From the NCBI GenBank assembly GCA_026396635.1, contig JAPLWL010000074.1, forward strand, positions 1,352 through 39,885: DNA of 38,534 nt, in the 5' to 3' direction. Positions 28,895 to 36,530 of this stretch are shown piece after piece. The notes under the pieces were generated by a model. That model saw only the letters and a list, made by a program, of their open reading frames with translations. It made no database searches and had not been told where the DNA came from. The stretch is from Candidatus Komeilibacteria bacterium. GTDB taxonomy: Bacteria; Patescibacteriota; Patescibacteriia; UBA1558; JAPLWL01. The translations under genes and the position numbers were made by a program. How positions within the stretch are numbered: the stretch's first letter is position 1; the number at the start of each line of letters is the position of its first letter.

Positions 28895-30265
28895 ATGAAT
28901 AAAAGAACAAAAATTGTCGCGACCTTGGGGCCAGCGTCAGATAGTGTTGGGGTTTTACGGAAAATGGTTCAAGCCGGATTAGATGTAGCCCGGCTGAATT
29001 TTTCTCATAATACTCATGAATCGCATCGGTTGTTGGTGGAGCGTTTGCGCCGGGTGGCTAAAGAAACTCATACGACGGTTGGTATTATGCAGGATCTGCA
29101 GGGGCCAAAAGTTAGAGTGGGCGAATTAGCCAAATCAATTAAAGTTGAACCAGGTGATTTATTGCTATTGTATTGGGAACAGGAGGAGCGCTTAACCGAA
29201 GGTCAGAATGGCAAAAAGATTTTAAAAAAATTTCAGGCTAAATATTTTTTGCCCGTTCAATTTCCAGTGACTAAATTTGCCAAAAAAGGCAAGACTATTT
29301 TAATTAATGACGGCGTTATTGAGTTAAAAACCCTGTTGGTGTCCGGACATTTTGTTTTAGCTCAGGCCGACACTTTTGGTTTGATTGAAACTCACAAGGG
29401 CATGAATTTTCCGGGAGCGCATGTTAATTTGCCAAGTCTCACTGAAAAAGATTTGGAAGATTTAAAATTTGGCTTAGGTTTGGGTATTGATTTTGTAGCC
29501 TTGTCTTTTGTTAAGTCGCATCGAGATGTTATTAAATTAAAAAAACAGATTGCCGCTTGGTCTAAAGATCGACCTCAGCCTTGGGTGATTGCCAAAATTG
29601 AAAAACAAGAAGCGGTTAAAGATTTTGATAAAATTTTACGGGTTACTGATGGCATTATGATTGCTCGGGGTGATTTGGGTTTAGAAATGCCCCAAGAAAG
29701 CGTGCCGATTATTCAAAAAGATTTAGTCGCCCGGTGTCTTAGGGCCGGCAAGCCAGTAATTGTGGCTACCCAGATGTTGGAATCTATGGCTTATGGTGCT
29801 TATCCGGTCAAAGTTATTGAAACCATGCGTAAGGTAATTGAAGAAACCGAAGAATCGCCTTTTAATGATTTGCCTGATGATTTTTTTGCTGATGAGCGCT
29901 CTAGTAAGGCCGCGGCGGTAGCTAATGCTGCTCATGAACTAGCCAAAGACACTAAAGCTAAGGCCATTGTGGCTGCTAGTTTTTCCGGCTTTACCGGCCG
30001 GATGATTGCTCGGCATCGGCCGGAGAACGCGCAAATAATTGTAGTGACCAATCAAGCTGACGTGCAAACCAAGTTAAGTTTGGTTTGGGGCACGCACAGT
30101 TTTTTTACCGCTACAGCCAAGACTTTTGAAGAATTAGTTAAACACATGTTGGAGTTGGTTAAAAAACAGAAGATTGCTAAAAAAGGCGAACGGGTAGTAA
30201 TGGTCACGGGTGAACCCTTGGGTCAAAAAGAAAATTTGAATTTGGTGGAAGTTAAAACAGTATAA
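28895..30265 (+). CDS. pyk: Pyruvate kinase with an in-frame ~30-aa deletion in the active-site region
   Basis: RTKIVATLGP, NFSHN, AKIE and MIARGDLG are present. However, ATQMLESM is followed directly by AYGAYPV. Confidence 0.85.
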   Translation: MNKRTKIVATLGPASDSVGVLRKMVQAGLDVARLNFSHNTHESHRLLVERLRRVAKETHTTVGIMQDLQGPKVRVGELAKSIKVEPGDLLLLYWEQEERLTEGQNGKKILKKFQAKYFLPVQFPVTKFAKKGKTILINDGVIELKTLLVSGHFVLAQADTFGLIETHKGMNFPGAHVNLPSLTEKDLEDLKFGLGLGIDFVALSFVKSHRDVIKLKKQIAAWSKDRPQPWVIAKIEKQEAVKDFDKILRVTDGIMIARGDLGLEMPQESVPIIQKDLVARCLRAGKPVIVATQMLESMAYGAYPVKVIETMRKVIEETEESPFNDLPDDFFADERSSKAAAVANAAHELAKDTKAKAIVAASFSGFTGRMIARHRPENAQIIVVTNQADVQTKLSLVWGTHSFFTATAKTFEELVKHMLELVKKQKIAKKGERVVMVTGEPLGQKENLNLVEVKTV

Positions 30266-30400
30266 ATCCCCTGCGGGGAGCGGTACTTTTGGAGCCAAAA
30301 GTACCCAAAACCTTTGGGGGTAAAAGAACTCGCTCGTAGTTCTTTTTAGGTTTGGTGATTTTATCAGGACGCTCAAACAGCTTTTACCCCCAAGCCCCCA
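30266..30400 (+). repeat. ~140-nt structured repeat, copy 2 (immediately 3' of pyk)
   Basis: Starts at the base after the pyk stop codon. See 27261-27400. Confidence 0.8.
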
Positions 30401-30496
30401 TAGTTACTATGTAAAAACATTGTCATCCTGAACCTGCCTACCAGCAGGCGGGCTTGTTTCGGTATCTTTCTGAGGCCGGAAAGTATACAAATTCAC

Positions 30497-30603
30497 TAGT
30501 CATTCCTGCGCCACGCCCGCCAAAGCTACGCTTGGCGTTGCGGGCGGGTAGGCAGGAATCCAGCATTTATTTTTCTAGATTCCCGCTTTCGCGGGAATGA
30601 CCA
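30497..30603. repeat. MITE-like GC-rich palindromic element, copy 2
   Basis: tagtcattcctgcgccacgcccgccaaagctacgcttggcgttgcgggcggg ... gcgggaatgacca is a near-identical core to 6263-6380. Confidence 0.7.
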
Positions 30604-30622
30604 TGTGGTTTATAAAAAGCAG

Positions 30623-30656
30623 AAAGCCTGGCGTGTTGACGTCAGGCTTTTATAGT
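30623..30656 (+). terminator. Intrinsic terminator
   Basis: The stem aaagcctg-gcgt/acgt-caggcttt is followed by tat. Confidence 0.5.
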
Positions 30657-30744
30657 TTATTTAATTTTGGTTTTTCTTAGATCGGACGAAGTTATTTTTT
30701 ATGGCTAATGTTAGCTAAATAATTGATTTTTTGATTAAAATCTA

Positions 30745-30773
30745 TTGACAGTATTTATTAAGTATGATATAAT
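30745..30773 (+). promoter_or_regulatory. Perfect consensus sigma-70 promoter TTGACA-17-TATAAT upstream of the DGR target gene
   Basis: Both hexamers match the consensus exactly and the spacer is 17 nt. The implied leader is about 195 nt. Confidence 0.65.
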
Positions 30774-30812
30774 ATAAAAGTTAATGAGTTCTTTGAAAAT
30801 ACTTGCGAGGAT

Positions 30813-30860
30813 GGTCATAGCCAGAAGCTCTTAAGTTATTAAGGTTTTCTGGCTATGACC
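30813..30860 (+). promoter_or_regulatory. 14-bp perfect hairpin in the DGR target leader
   Basis: ggtcatagccagaa pairs with ttctggctatgacc. The loop contains an inner cttaa/ttaag pairing. Confidence 0.55.
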
Positions 30861-30974
30861 ACAATGTGTTGGTCTTATGGCTCCTGCCTCGGATAGAGGA
30901 AAGTTTGCCGTATCTTGCGGCTACCAGCCTATTAGGTTGGGAAGAATCTCGGCTACCAGCCGAAAGGAAACAAA

Positions 30975-31595
30975 ATGTCCAAGTATGGTCACAGACCTAT
31001 TAACTGGTTTGAAGCAATCGTGAACAAAATCGGCGGCGAAGAAGCTGCCGAGAAGTTCCTTCGTGGTGAGTTGGCGATTGCCGAACCGACTCGCTCGTGG
31101 CGCGAACAAGACGGTATAATCTACTTTACCGTCATATCAGATGGAAAGACGGGTCCTGAGTGGATTACCTACCTTGAAGGTAAGGGTTTCCAGCTCAGCA
31201 AGTATGCCAAAAGCCTGCTGAACTCCCCAGACTTCAAACCGACTAATGGTGTTATCATCGAAGTCGGCGTGCTCAAAGGCATGCTGTTTAATGACAGCGA
31301 CCGGACTACCAAGAACATCCGTTCTGACGCTGAGGCACGGAAATTCATCAAGCCCAACGCTGAGTTGGCCTGTCTGATCCGTGACAAATTCACGGATGAA
31401 GACATTGAAGCCATGGGGCTTACCTGGATCATCACCATGCACGAGCCGATCGTCGATTCTGATGGTGATTTGGGCCTGCTCGGTGTTGACCGTCGTGGCG
31501 GTGGTCGTGGGTTGTTCGCCAGCTACGATAGGCCTGGCTATCAGTGGTACCGTAGCAGCGGGTTTGCGTTCGTTCTCTCGCAAGTATCTCAATAA
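30975..31595 (+). CDS. DGR target (variable) protein, 206 aa, no signal peptide
   Basis: The C-terminal ~43 codons form the VR. AGGAAA lies upstream of the ATG, and a terminator follows at 31659-31697. Confidence 0.85.
   Translation: MSKYGHRPINWFEAIVNKIGGEEAAEKFLRGELAIAEPTRSWREQDGIIYFTVISDGKTGPEWITYLEGKGFQLSKYAKSLLNSPDFKPTNGVIIEVGVLKGMLFNDSDRTTKNIRSDAEARKFIKPNAELACLIRDKFTDEDIEAMGLTWIITMHEPIVDSDGDLGLLGVDRRGGGRGLFASYDRPGYQWYRSSGFAFVLSQVSQ
31453..31583 (+). repeat. DGR variable region (VR)
   Basis: An ungapped 131-nt alignment to 31925-32055 shows 23 mismatches, all at adenines in the TR. Confidence 0.92.
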
Positions 31596-31607
31596 GTTCT
31601 TTGAACT

Positions 31608-31639
31608 TAAGATTTTAGATCTCCTGATCTTGAATCTTA
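31608..31639 (+). promoter_or_regulatory. Hairpin 25 nt downstream of the VR (candidate DGR target-recognition stem-loop)
   Basis: taagatt-tt-agatc / tcct / gatct-tg-aatctta gives 12 bp with a 2x2 internal loop and a 4-nt apical loop. Confidence 0.35.
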
Positions 31640-31658
31640 GTCCTTTGGATTTTCATTC

Positions 31659-31697
31659 AAGAGCCCTGTACGCGTGTATGGGGCTCTTAATTTTTTA
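31659..31697 (+). terminator. Intrinsic terminator of the DGR target gene
   Basis: An 8-bp stem aagagccc/gggctctt is followed by aatttttt. Confidence 0.65.
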
Positions 31698-31924
31698 TGA
31701 TAAAATAGTATTGGTATTAGGCTAATACGCAAACGATTAAGGTTATTTGCCGCCGAATCCAGGATTCATGAATTGAGGGTATCCGCGGCCATGGCTTCGG
31801 ATAGGGTAATTTATGAAAACTAAAAAAAGAAGATACTTGGTGCGGAATGCTAAGGCATTGAGATGCCGGATAAAATTCAACCTAAAGAGTATTCAATAGG
31901 CGGTGGTAAAAGGTGGCATGCCGT

Positions 31925-32055
31925 ACAATTCTGATGGTAATTTGAACCTGCTCAATGTTGACCGTAATGACAATGGTCGTAGGTTGAACGCCAACTACGA
32001 TAAGCCTGACAATCAGTGGAACCGTAACAACGGGTTTGCGTTCGTTCTATCGCAA
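31925..32055 (+). repeat. DGR template repeat (TR)
   Basis: The invariant, A-rich cognate of the VR. It contains 38 adenines, and 23 of them are substituted in the VR. Confidence 0.92.
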
Positions 32056-32105
32056 CTCTCTTCATTTTCTCTCTCGGCTATTTGTCGGGAGAGTTTTGTT
32101 GTGGC

Positions 32106-32531
32106 CTACGAAGCCTTCCCGGCCTTCGTAGCCAAGGCTATTTCGGCGGAGTAGGCGGTGGAATAGGCTTTTATCAGTTGGCCATTCCAACCACCCAGCA
32201 TTTTCCCTATCTCATCTAATTGAACGGATAAAGCCAGGTATTTTTTATCCGGCAAGGATTTAGTTTCCCAAAGAATCATCAGGAATATTTTGGTGGTATC
32301 AATCTTTTGAATAGCCCGCCGGACATAGGGCAGTTTTTCCGCTTTTTGCAAAAAGGCAGCTGTGGCAATTGCTTCAATAGTTTCAGTCAGTAAATTATCA
32401 ATTTTTTGACCCAAGGAATATCGTTGGGTTTTTGATAATATTTGATGATATTCGTGCCACAGCAAGTAAGCGGTTTTTACTTTTTGTAGTACTGGCAGAA
32501 AACCGCGGGGGGGGGGTAGAATTAGACACAT
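32106..32531 (-). CDS. avd: Avd-like four-helix-bundle accessory protein (23S rRNA intervening-sequence protein family)
   Basis: A 141-aa helical protein. The pattern LPVLQKVKTAYLLWHEY...RYSLGQKIDNLLTETIEAIATAAF fits the four-helix-bundle family that accompanies DGR RTs. Confidence 0.7.
   Translation of the reverse strand: MCLILPPPRGFLPVLQKVKTAYLLWHEYHQILSKTQRYSLGQKIDNLLTETIEAIATAAFLQKAEKLPYVRRAIQKIDTTKIFLMILWETKSLPDKKYLALSVQLDEIGKMLGGWNGQLIKAYSTAYSAEIALATKAGKAS
32507..32516. repeat. G10 (C10 on the avd strand) homopolymer
   Basis: Ten consecutive G, counted by hand. The tract covers codons 6-9 of avd and ends 14 nt upstream of the RT ATG. Confidence 0.9.
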
Positions 32532-33519
32532 GAAAAAGATTAGCTTCAGTCATGGTTATGATTATATCATTTCTTTGGAAAATTTACTTCAAGCTTGGCA
32601 AGAATTTATCAAAGGCAAGCGAGGCCGAAAAGATACCCAAGAATTTGAACTGGATTTGATGGCTAATATTATTACTTTAAATGATGAGCTAGTTAATTTT
32701 ATTTATCAACACTCCGGCTACCAAGCTTTTAATATTTCTGATCCCAAGCCCAGAAACATCCACAAAGCCAGTGTACGTGATAGATTACTGCACCATGCCA
32801 TTTACCGGCAATTATATCCGTTTTTTGATAAAACATTCATTGTAGATTCTTTTTCCTGCCGGAATAACAAAGGCACTCATAAAGCCATTAATCGGTTCAG
32901 GAGTATGGCTTATCAAGTAAGTAAGAATAACACCAAGACGGTTTGGGTTTTAAAATGTGACATCAAAAAGTTTTTTGCCAATATAGACCATAATATTTTA
33001 AAAAATATTCTAGTCAGCTATATTCCTGACCAGCAGATTATCTGGCTTTTAAACAGGGTAATAGACAGTTTTGAAACAATGCCCGACAAGGGTTTACCGC
33101 TGGGTAACTTAACTTCTCAATTATTGGTAAATATTTACATGAATGAGTTTGATCAATTTGTAAAACATCAGTTAAAACAAAAATATTATATCAGATACGC
33201 CGATGATTTTGTGTTTTTGTCTGAAAACAAAGAAAGCTTGATAAATATTATCAAGCTAATTAAAGATTTTTTAGGTCAAAAACTTCAATTACAAATCCAT
33301 CCTAATAAAATATCGTTAACTACATTGGCTTCAGGCGTTGATTATTTGGGCTATGTAAATTTTCCGCATCACCGAGTATTAAGAACCAAAACCAAACGTA
33401 GAATGTTAAGGTTGGTTAATAACAAAAATTTACCATCATATCTTGGTGTTTTAAAACACGCTAATTGTTATGGGCTGGAGCAAGAGGCGTTGAATAGAGC
33501 GGGCCTCAGTAATTATTAA
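32530..33519 (+). CDS. DGR-type reverse transcriptase
   Basis: RT motifs present are VLKCDIKKFF, LPLGNLTSQLLVNIYMNEFD (the GxxxSQ signature of DGR RTs), YIRYADDFVFL and GVDYLGY. Confidence 0.9.
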   Translation: MKKISFSHGYDYIISLENLLQAWQEFIKGKRGRKDTQEFELDLMANIITLNDELVNFIYQHSGYQAFNISDPKPRNIHKASVRDRLLHHAIYRQLYPFFDKTFIVDSFSCRNNKGTHKAINRFRSMAYQVSKNNTKTVWVLKCDIKKFFANIDHNILKNILVSYIPDQQIIWLLNRVIDSFETMPDKGLPLGNLTSQLLVNIYMNEFDQFVKHQLKQKYYIRYADDFVFLSENKESLINIIKLIKDFLGQKLQLQIHPNKISLTTLASGVDYLGYVNFPHHRVLRTKTKRRMLRLVNNKNLPSYLGVLKHANCYGLEQEALNRAGLSNY

Positions 33520-33589
33520 TAGTAAGAGATCATTAATTTGTAAATATATTGGCTTAGCGATATAATAGATTTGTCTTTTAAACAAAAAT

Positions 33590-36018
33590 ATGTCAAAAAC
33601 AAAAGCTTTGCTGGCGGTTCAGCAGCCTAAGCAAAAACCAAAATTTAGTTTAAAAAAATTGATTTCTTTTCAAAAAGAAAAAGTTGTTAAGAAAAAAGAT
33701 GACCCGCCTCGCTCGCGCGTAGGCGCGGCGGGAGAGTTTGTTTTGTGGTTTGATGAAGTTGATAAAAACTCCATTCCTTTGGTTGGCGGCAAAAATGCCA
33801 ACTTGGGTGAAATGTATCAAAACTTAACTAAGTTAAAAAAAGGCTCTGATGCTATCCGAGTGCCGTATGGTTTTGCGGTTACAGCTTATGCTTATCGCTA
33901 TTTTTTGACGGCTAATAAACTGGACGCGCAGATTGCTAAAATCTTACAAGGTTTGGATAGCCGCAATATTCCGCAGTTGGAACAAAAAGGGCAGTTGGTC
34001 CGCCAGTTGATTTTGTCAGCACATTTTCCGGATGACTTAGCCGCTGGTATCAAACAAGCTTATAGTGAATTGGCTAAAAAATTAAAATTGGCTAAAACGT
34101 CTTTGGATGTGGCGGTTAGAAGTTCAGCCACAGCCGAAGATTTGCCAAGTGCTTCTTTTGCCGGCCAACAAGAATCATATTTAAATATTAGAGGTGAAGC
34201 TGCGTTACTAGAAGCCATTAAAAATGCTTTTGCCTCTTTGTTTACTAACCGAGCGATTTCTTACCGCATTGATCAACATTTTGATCATTTTAAAATTGCC
34301 TTGTCCGTGGCCGTGCAAAAAATGGTGCGGTCAGACAAAGGTGCGAGCGGCGTAATGTTTACCTTGGACACCGATACGGGTTTTCCTGATATTATTTTAA
34401 TCAATGCGGCTTGGGGCTTGGGAGAGTTTGTGGTTAAGGGCGTGGTTACTCCAGATGAATACATGTTGTTTAAGCCAACTTTGGCCAAGGGTTTTAAGGC
34501 GATTATCAGTAAAAATTTAGGTAGTAAAGAAAAGAAATTAATTTACAGTGCTGAAGGCAATCGACCGACCAAAGAAATTGTGGTAACCGAAGCGGATCGC
34601 AATCGGTTTGTTTTATCCGATGATCAAATTACTCAGTTGGCGACTTGGGGCACTAAAATAGAAGAACATTATAATCGGCCCATGGATATTGAATGGGCGT
34701 TGGATGGCGAAGATCATCAAATGTATATTGTGCAAGCTCGGCCGGAAACCGTACAAACCCAAAAAGATAAGAATGTTTTGGAAGAGTTTGTTTTAAAAGA
34801 AAAGGGCGCTTTATTAACTCAGGGGGCGGCCGTGGGCAGTAAAATTGGCCAGGGCGCAGCTCATATTATTAAAGATGCTACGCAAATTTCCGAATTTAAA
34901 AAAGGCGAAGTCTTGGTGACGGAAATTACTGATCCGGATTGGGAGCCGATTATGAAAATTGCCTCAGCCATTGTGACTAATGCCGGCGGCCGAACTTCTC
35001 ACGCCGCCATTGTTTCCCGCGAACTGGGTATTCCAGCGGTAGTTGGCTGTGGTAATGCCACCAGCAGCATTAAATCCGGTCAATCAATCACCGTAACTTG
35101 CGCGGATGGGGAAGTGGGTAAGGTTTATGCCGGTTTATTGAAATACGTGGTCAATAAGCATAATTTAAAAAATTTCACGCCGCCCAAAGTTCCAGTCAAA
35201 ATGATTGTGGCTGATCCGGAATTGGTTTTTCAATATTCTTTTATTCCAAATAGCGGCGTGGGTTTGGCTAGGGAAGAGTTTATTATTACCAATTACATTA
35301 AGGTCCACCCTAACGCCCTTATTCATTATGATCAATTGCAAGACGAGGCGGTTAAAAAACAAATTGATTTCTTGGTTCGCGGCTACGACAGCCGGGTTGA
35401 TTATTATGTAAAAAAATTGGCTTATGGCATTGGAGTATTGGCGGCCGCTTTTTACCCTAAAGAAGTAATTTTGCGTTTTTCCGATTTTAAAACCAATGAA
35501 TACGCCGGTCTTTTAGGCGGCAAAGACTTTGAACCAAAAGAAGAAAATCCAATGTTGGGCTGGCGCGGCGCTTCCCGTTATTATGATCCTAATTTTTCAG
35601 CGGCCTTTGCTTTGGCCATCGACCTACCAAGCCCGGAACCTTGTCGCCGGATTTGGAAGTTTACGTAATGGCGGAAATTCCTTCCAATATTTTACAGGTG
35701 GATCAGTTTGCTGCCATTTTTGACGGATTTTCCATTGGTTCCAATGATTTAACTCAGTTAACTTTGGGTTTGGATAGAGATTCTAAGTTGGTAGCACCGA
35801 TTGGTAATGAAAAAAATGACTCCGTTAAAAAATTAATTACCATGTTGATTGAGGGTGCTCATAAATATAATAAGCCAGTCGGGATCTGCGGCCAGGGTCC
35901 ATCTGATTTTCCGGAATTGGCTGAGTACTTAGTGGAGCAGGGTATTGATTCTATTTCTCTAAATCCGGACACGGTGCTTAAAACCATGGTGGCGTTGAAG
36001 AAGGCAGAGAAAAAATAA
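33590..36018 (+). pseudogene. ppsA: Phosphoenolpyruvate synthase, interrupted by a ~100-nt internal deletion and frameshift at 35618-35649
   Basis: The N-terminal ATP-grasp region, the phosphohistidine region GGRTSHAAIVSRELGIPAVVG and ENPMLGWRGASRYY lie in one frame. LEVYVMAEIPSN...FSIGSNDLTQL...GICGQGPSD lies in another frame. Confidence 0.85.
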
Positions 36019-36067
36019 ATATTCCATAAATAACAAAAAAGCTCCTTAATTACTTAAGAAGTTTTTT

Positions 36068-36122
36068 TGGTTGCGGGGGCCGGACTTGAACCGGCGATCC
36101 CGACAAGTCGGGATTATGGGCC
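36068..36122 (-). pseudogene. Partial initiator-tRNA copy A (anticodon loop to CCA end)
   Basis: The reverse complement reads GGCCCATAA-TCCCGACTTGTCGGGA-TCGCCGGTTCAAGTCCGGCCCCCGCAACCA. The 5' half is missing, and this copy overlaps the last codons of the GIY-YIG ORF. Confidence 0.7.
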
Positions 36123-36371
36123 AATAACGTTCAAAAGTTTTAAGGTGTATTTTATACTTTTAAAAGATTTTAGATACCTTTCTCTTCTTAGGGCTGAAGT
36201 CAAATTTGGACATAGTTCAGAATAGATAATAAACCAATTGTTATATCTTTTGGTCCATTTTGATTTCCCATTATTATGTTGGTCTAATCTTTTGTTTAAA
36301 TTTTCCGTTATGCCAATATAATAATTTTTATTACTTTTTATAATGTAAAGATAATATTGTTTTTTGTACAT
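36114..36371 (-). CDS. Free-standing GIY-YIG nuclease family protein
   Basis: YYLYIIKSNKNYYIGITENLNKRLDQHNNG matches the GIY-YIG motif. The last codons and stop (ATT GGC CCA TAA) lie in the tRNA anticodon-loop sequence. Confidence 0.75.
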   Translation of the reverse strand: MYKKQYYLYIIKSNKNYYIGITENLNKRLDQHNNGKSKWTKRYNNWFIIYSELCPNLTSALRRERYLKSFKSIKYTLKLLNVIGP

Positions 36372-36430
36372 AAAAATAAAAGAGCTTTATACAAAACTCT
36401 TTTATTCTGCCGATTTAGGCGTTTAATTTC

Positions 36431-36507
36431 TGGTTGCGGGGGTCGGACTTGAACCGACGACCTCCAGGTTATGGGCCTGGCGAGCTGCCAACTGCTCTAC
36501 CCCGCGA
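36431..36507 (-). tRNA. Initiator-like tRNA-fMet (CAT), complete copy B
   Basis: CGCGGGG-TA-GAGC-AGTTGGCA-GCTC-G-CCAGG-CCCATAA-CCTGG-AGGTC-GTCGG-TTCAAGT-CCGAC-CCCCGCA-A-CCA. It has the C1xA72 mismatch typical of bacterial initiators and is close to E. coli tRNA-fMet. Confidence 0.8.
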
Positions 36508-36530
36508 TAAAATATTTGGCGATTTGATTG

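Noticed and set aside
30877-30910. Shared motif atggct..tcggatag.gg.aa.ttt between the DGR target leader and the region upstream of the TR (31791-31815)
   Set aside because: The match is only about 21 nt and needs a 6-nt gap. That is too short to separate from chance without related sequences.
31137-31725. Three ORFs overlapping the DGR target gene (151 aa and 89 aa on the minus strand, 114 aa on the plus strand)
   Set aside because: They are alternative-frame or antisense ORFs inside a GC-rich gene. Their composition is low-complexity. The 30975-31595 frame is the one that carries the VR in register with the TR codons.
31903-32154. 83-aa plus-strand ORF (MVKGGMPYNSDGNLNLLNVDRNDNG...)
   Set aside because: It is the in-frame translation of the DGR template repeat. 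TRs are non-coding copies of the VR. There is no SD, and the ORF continues into the antisense strand of avd.
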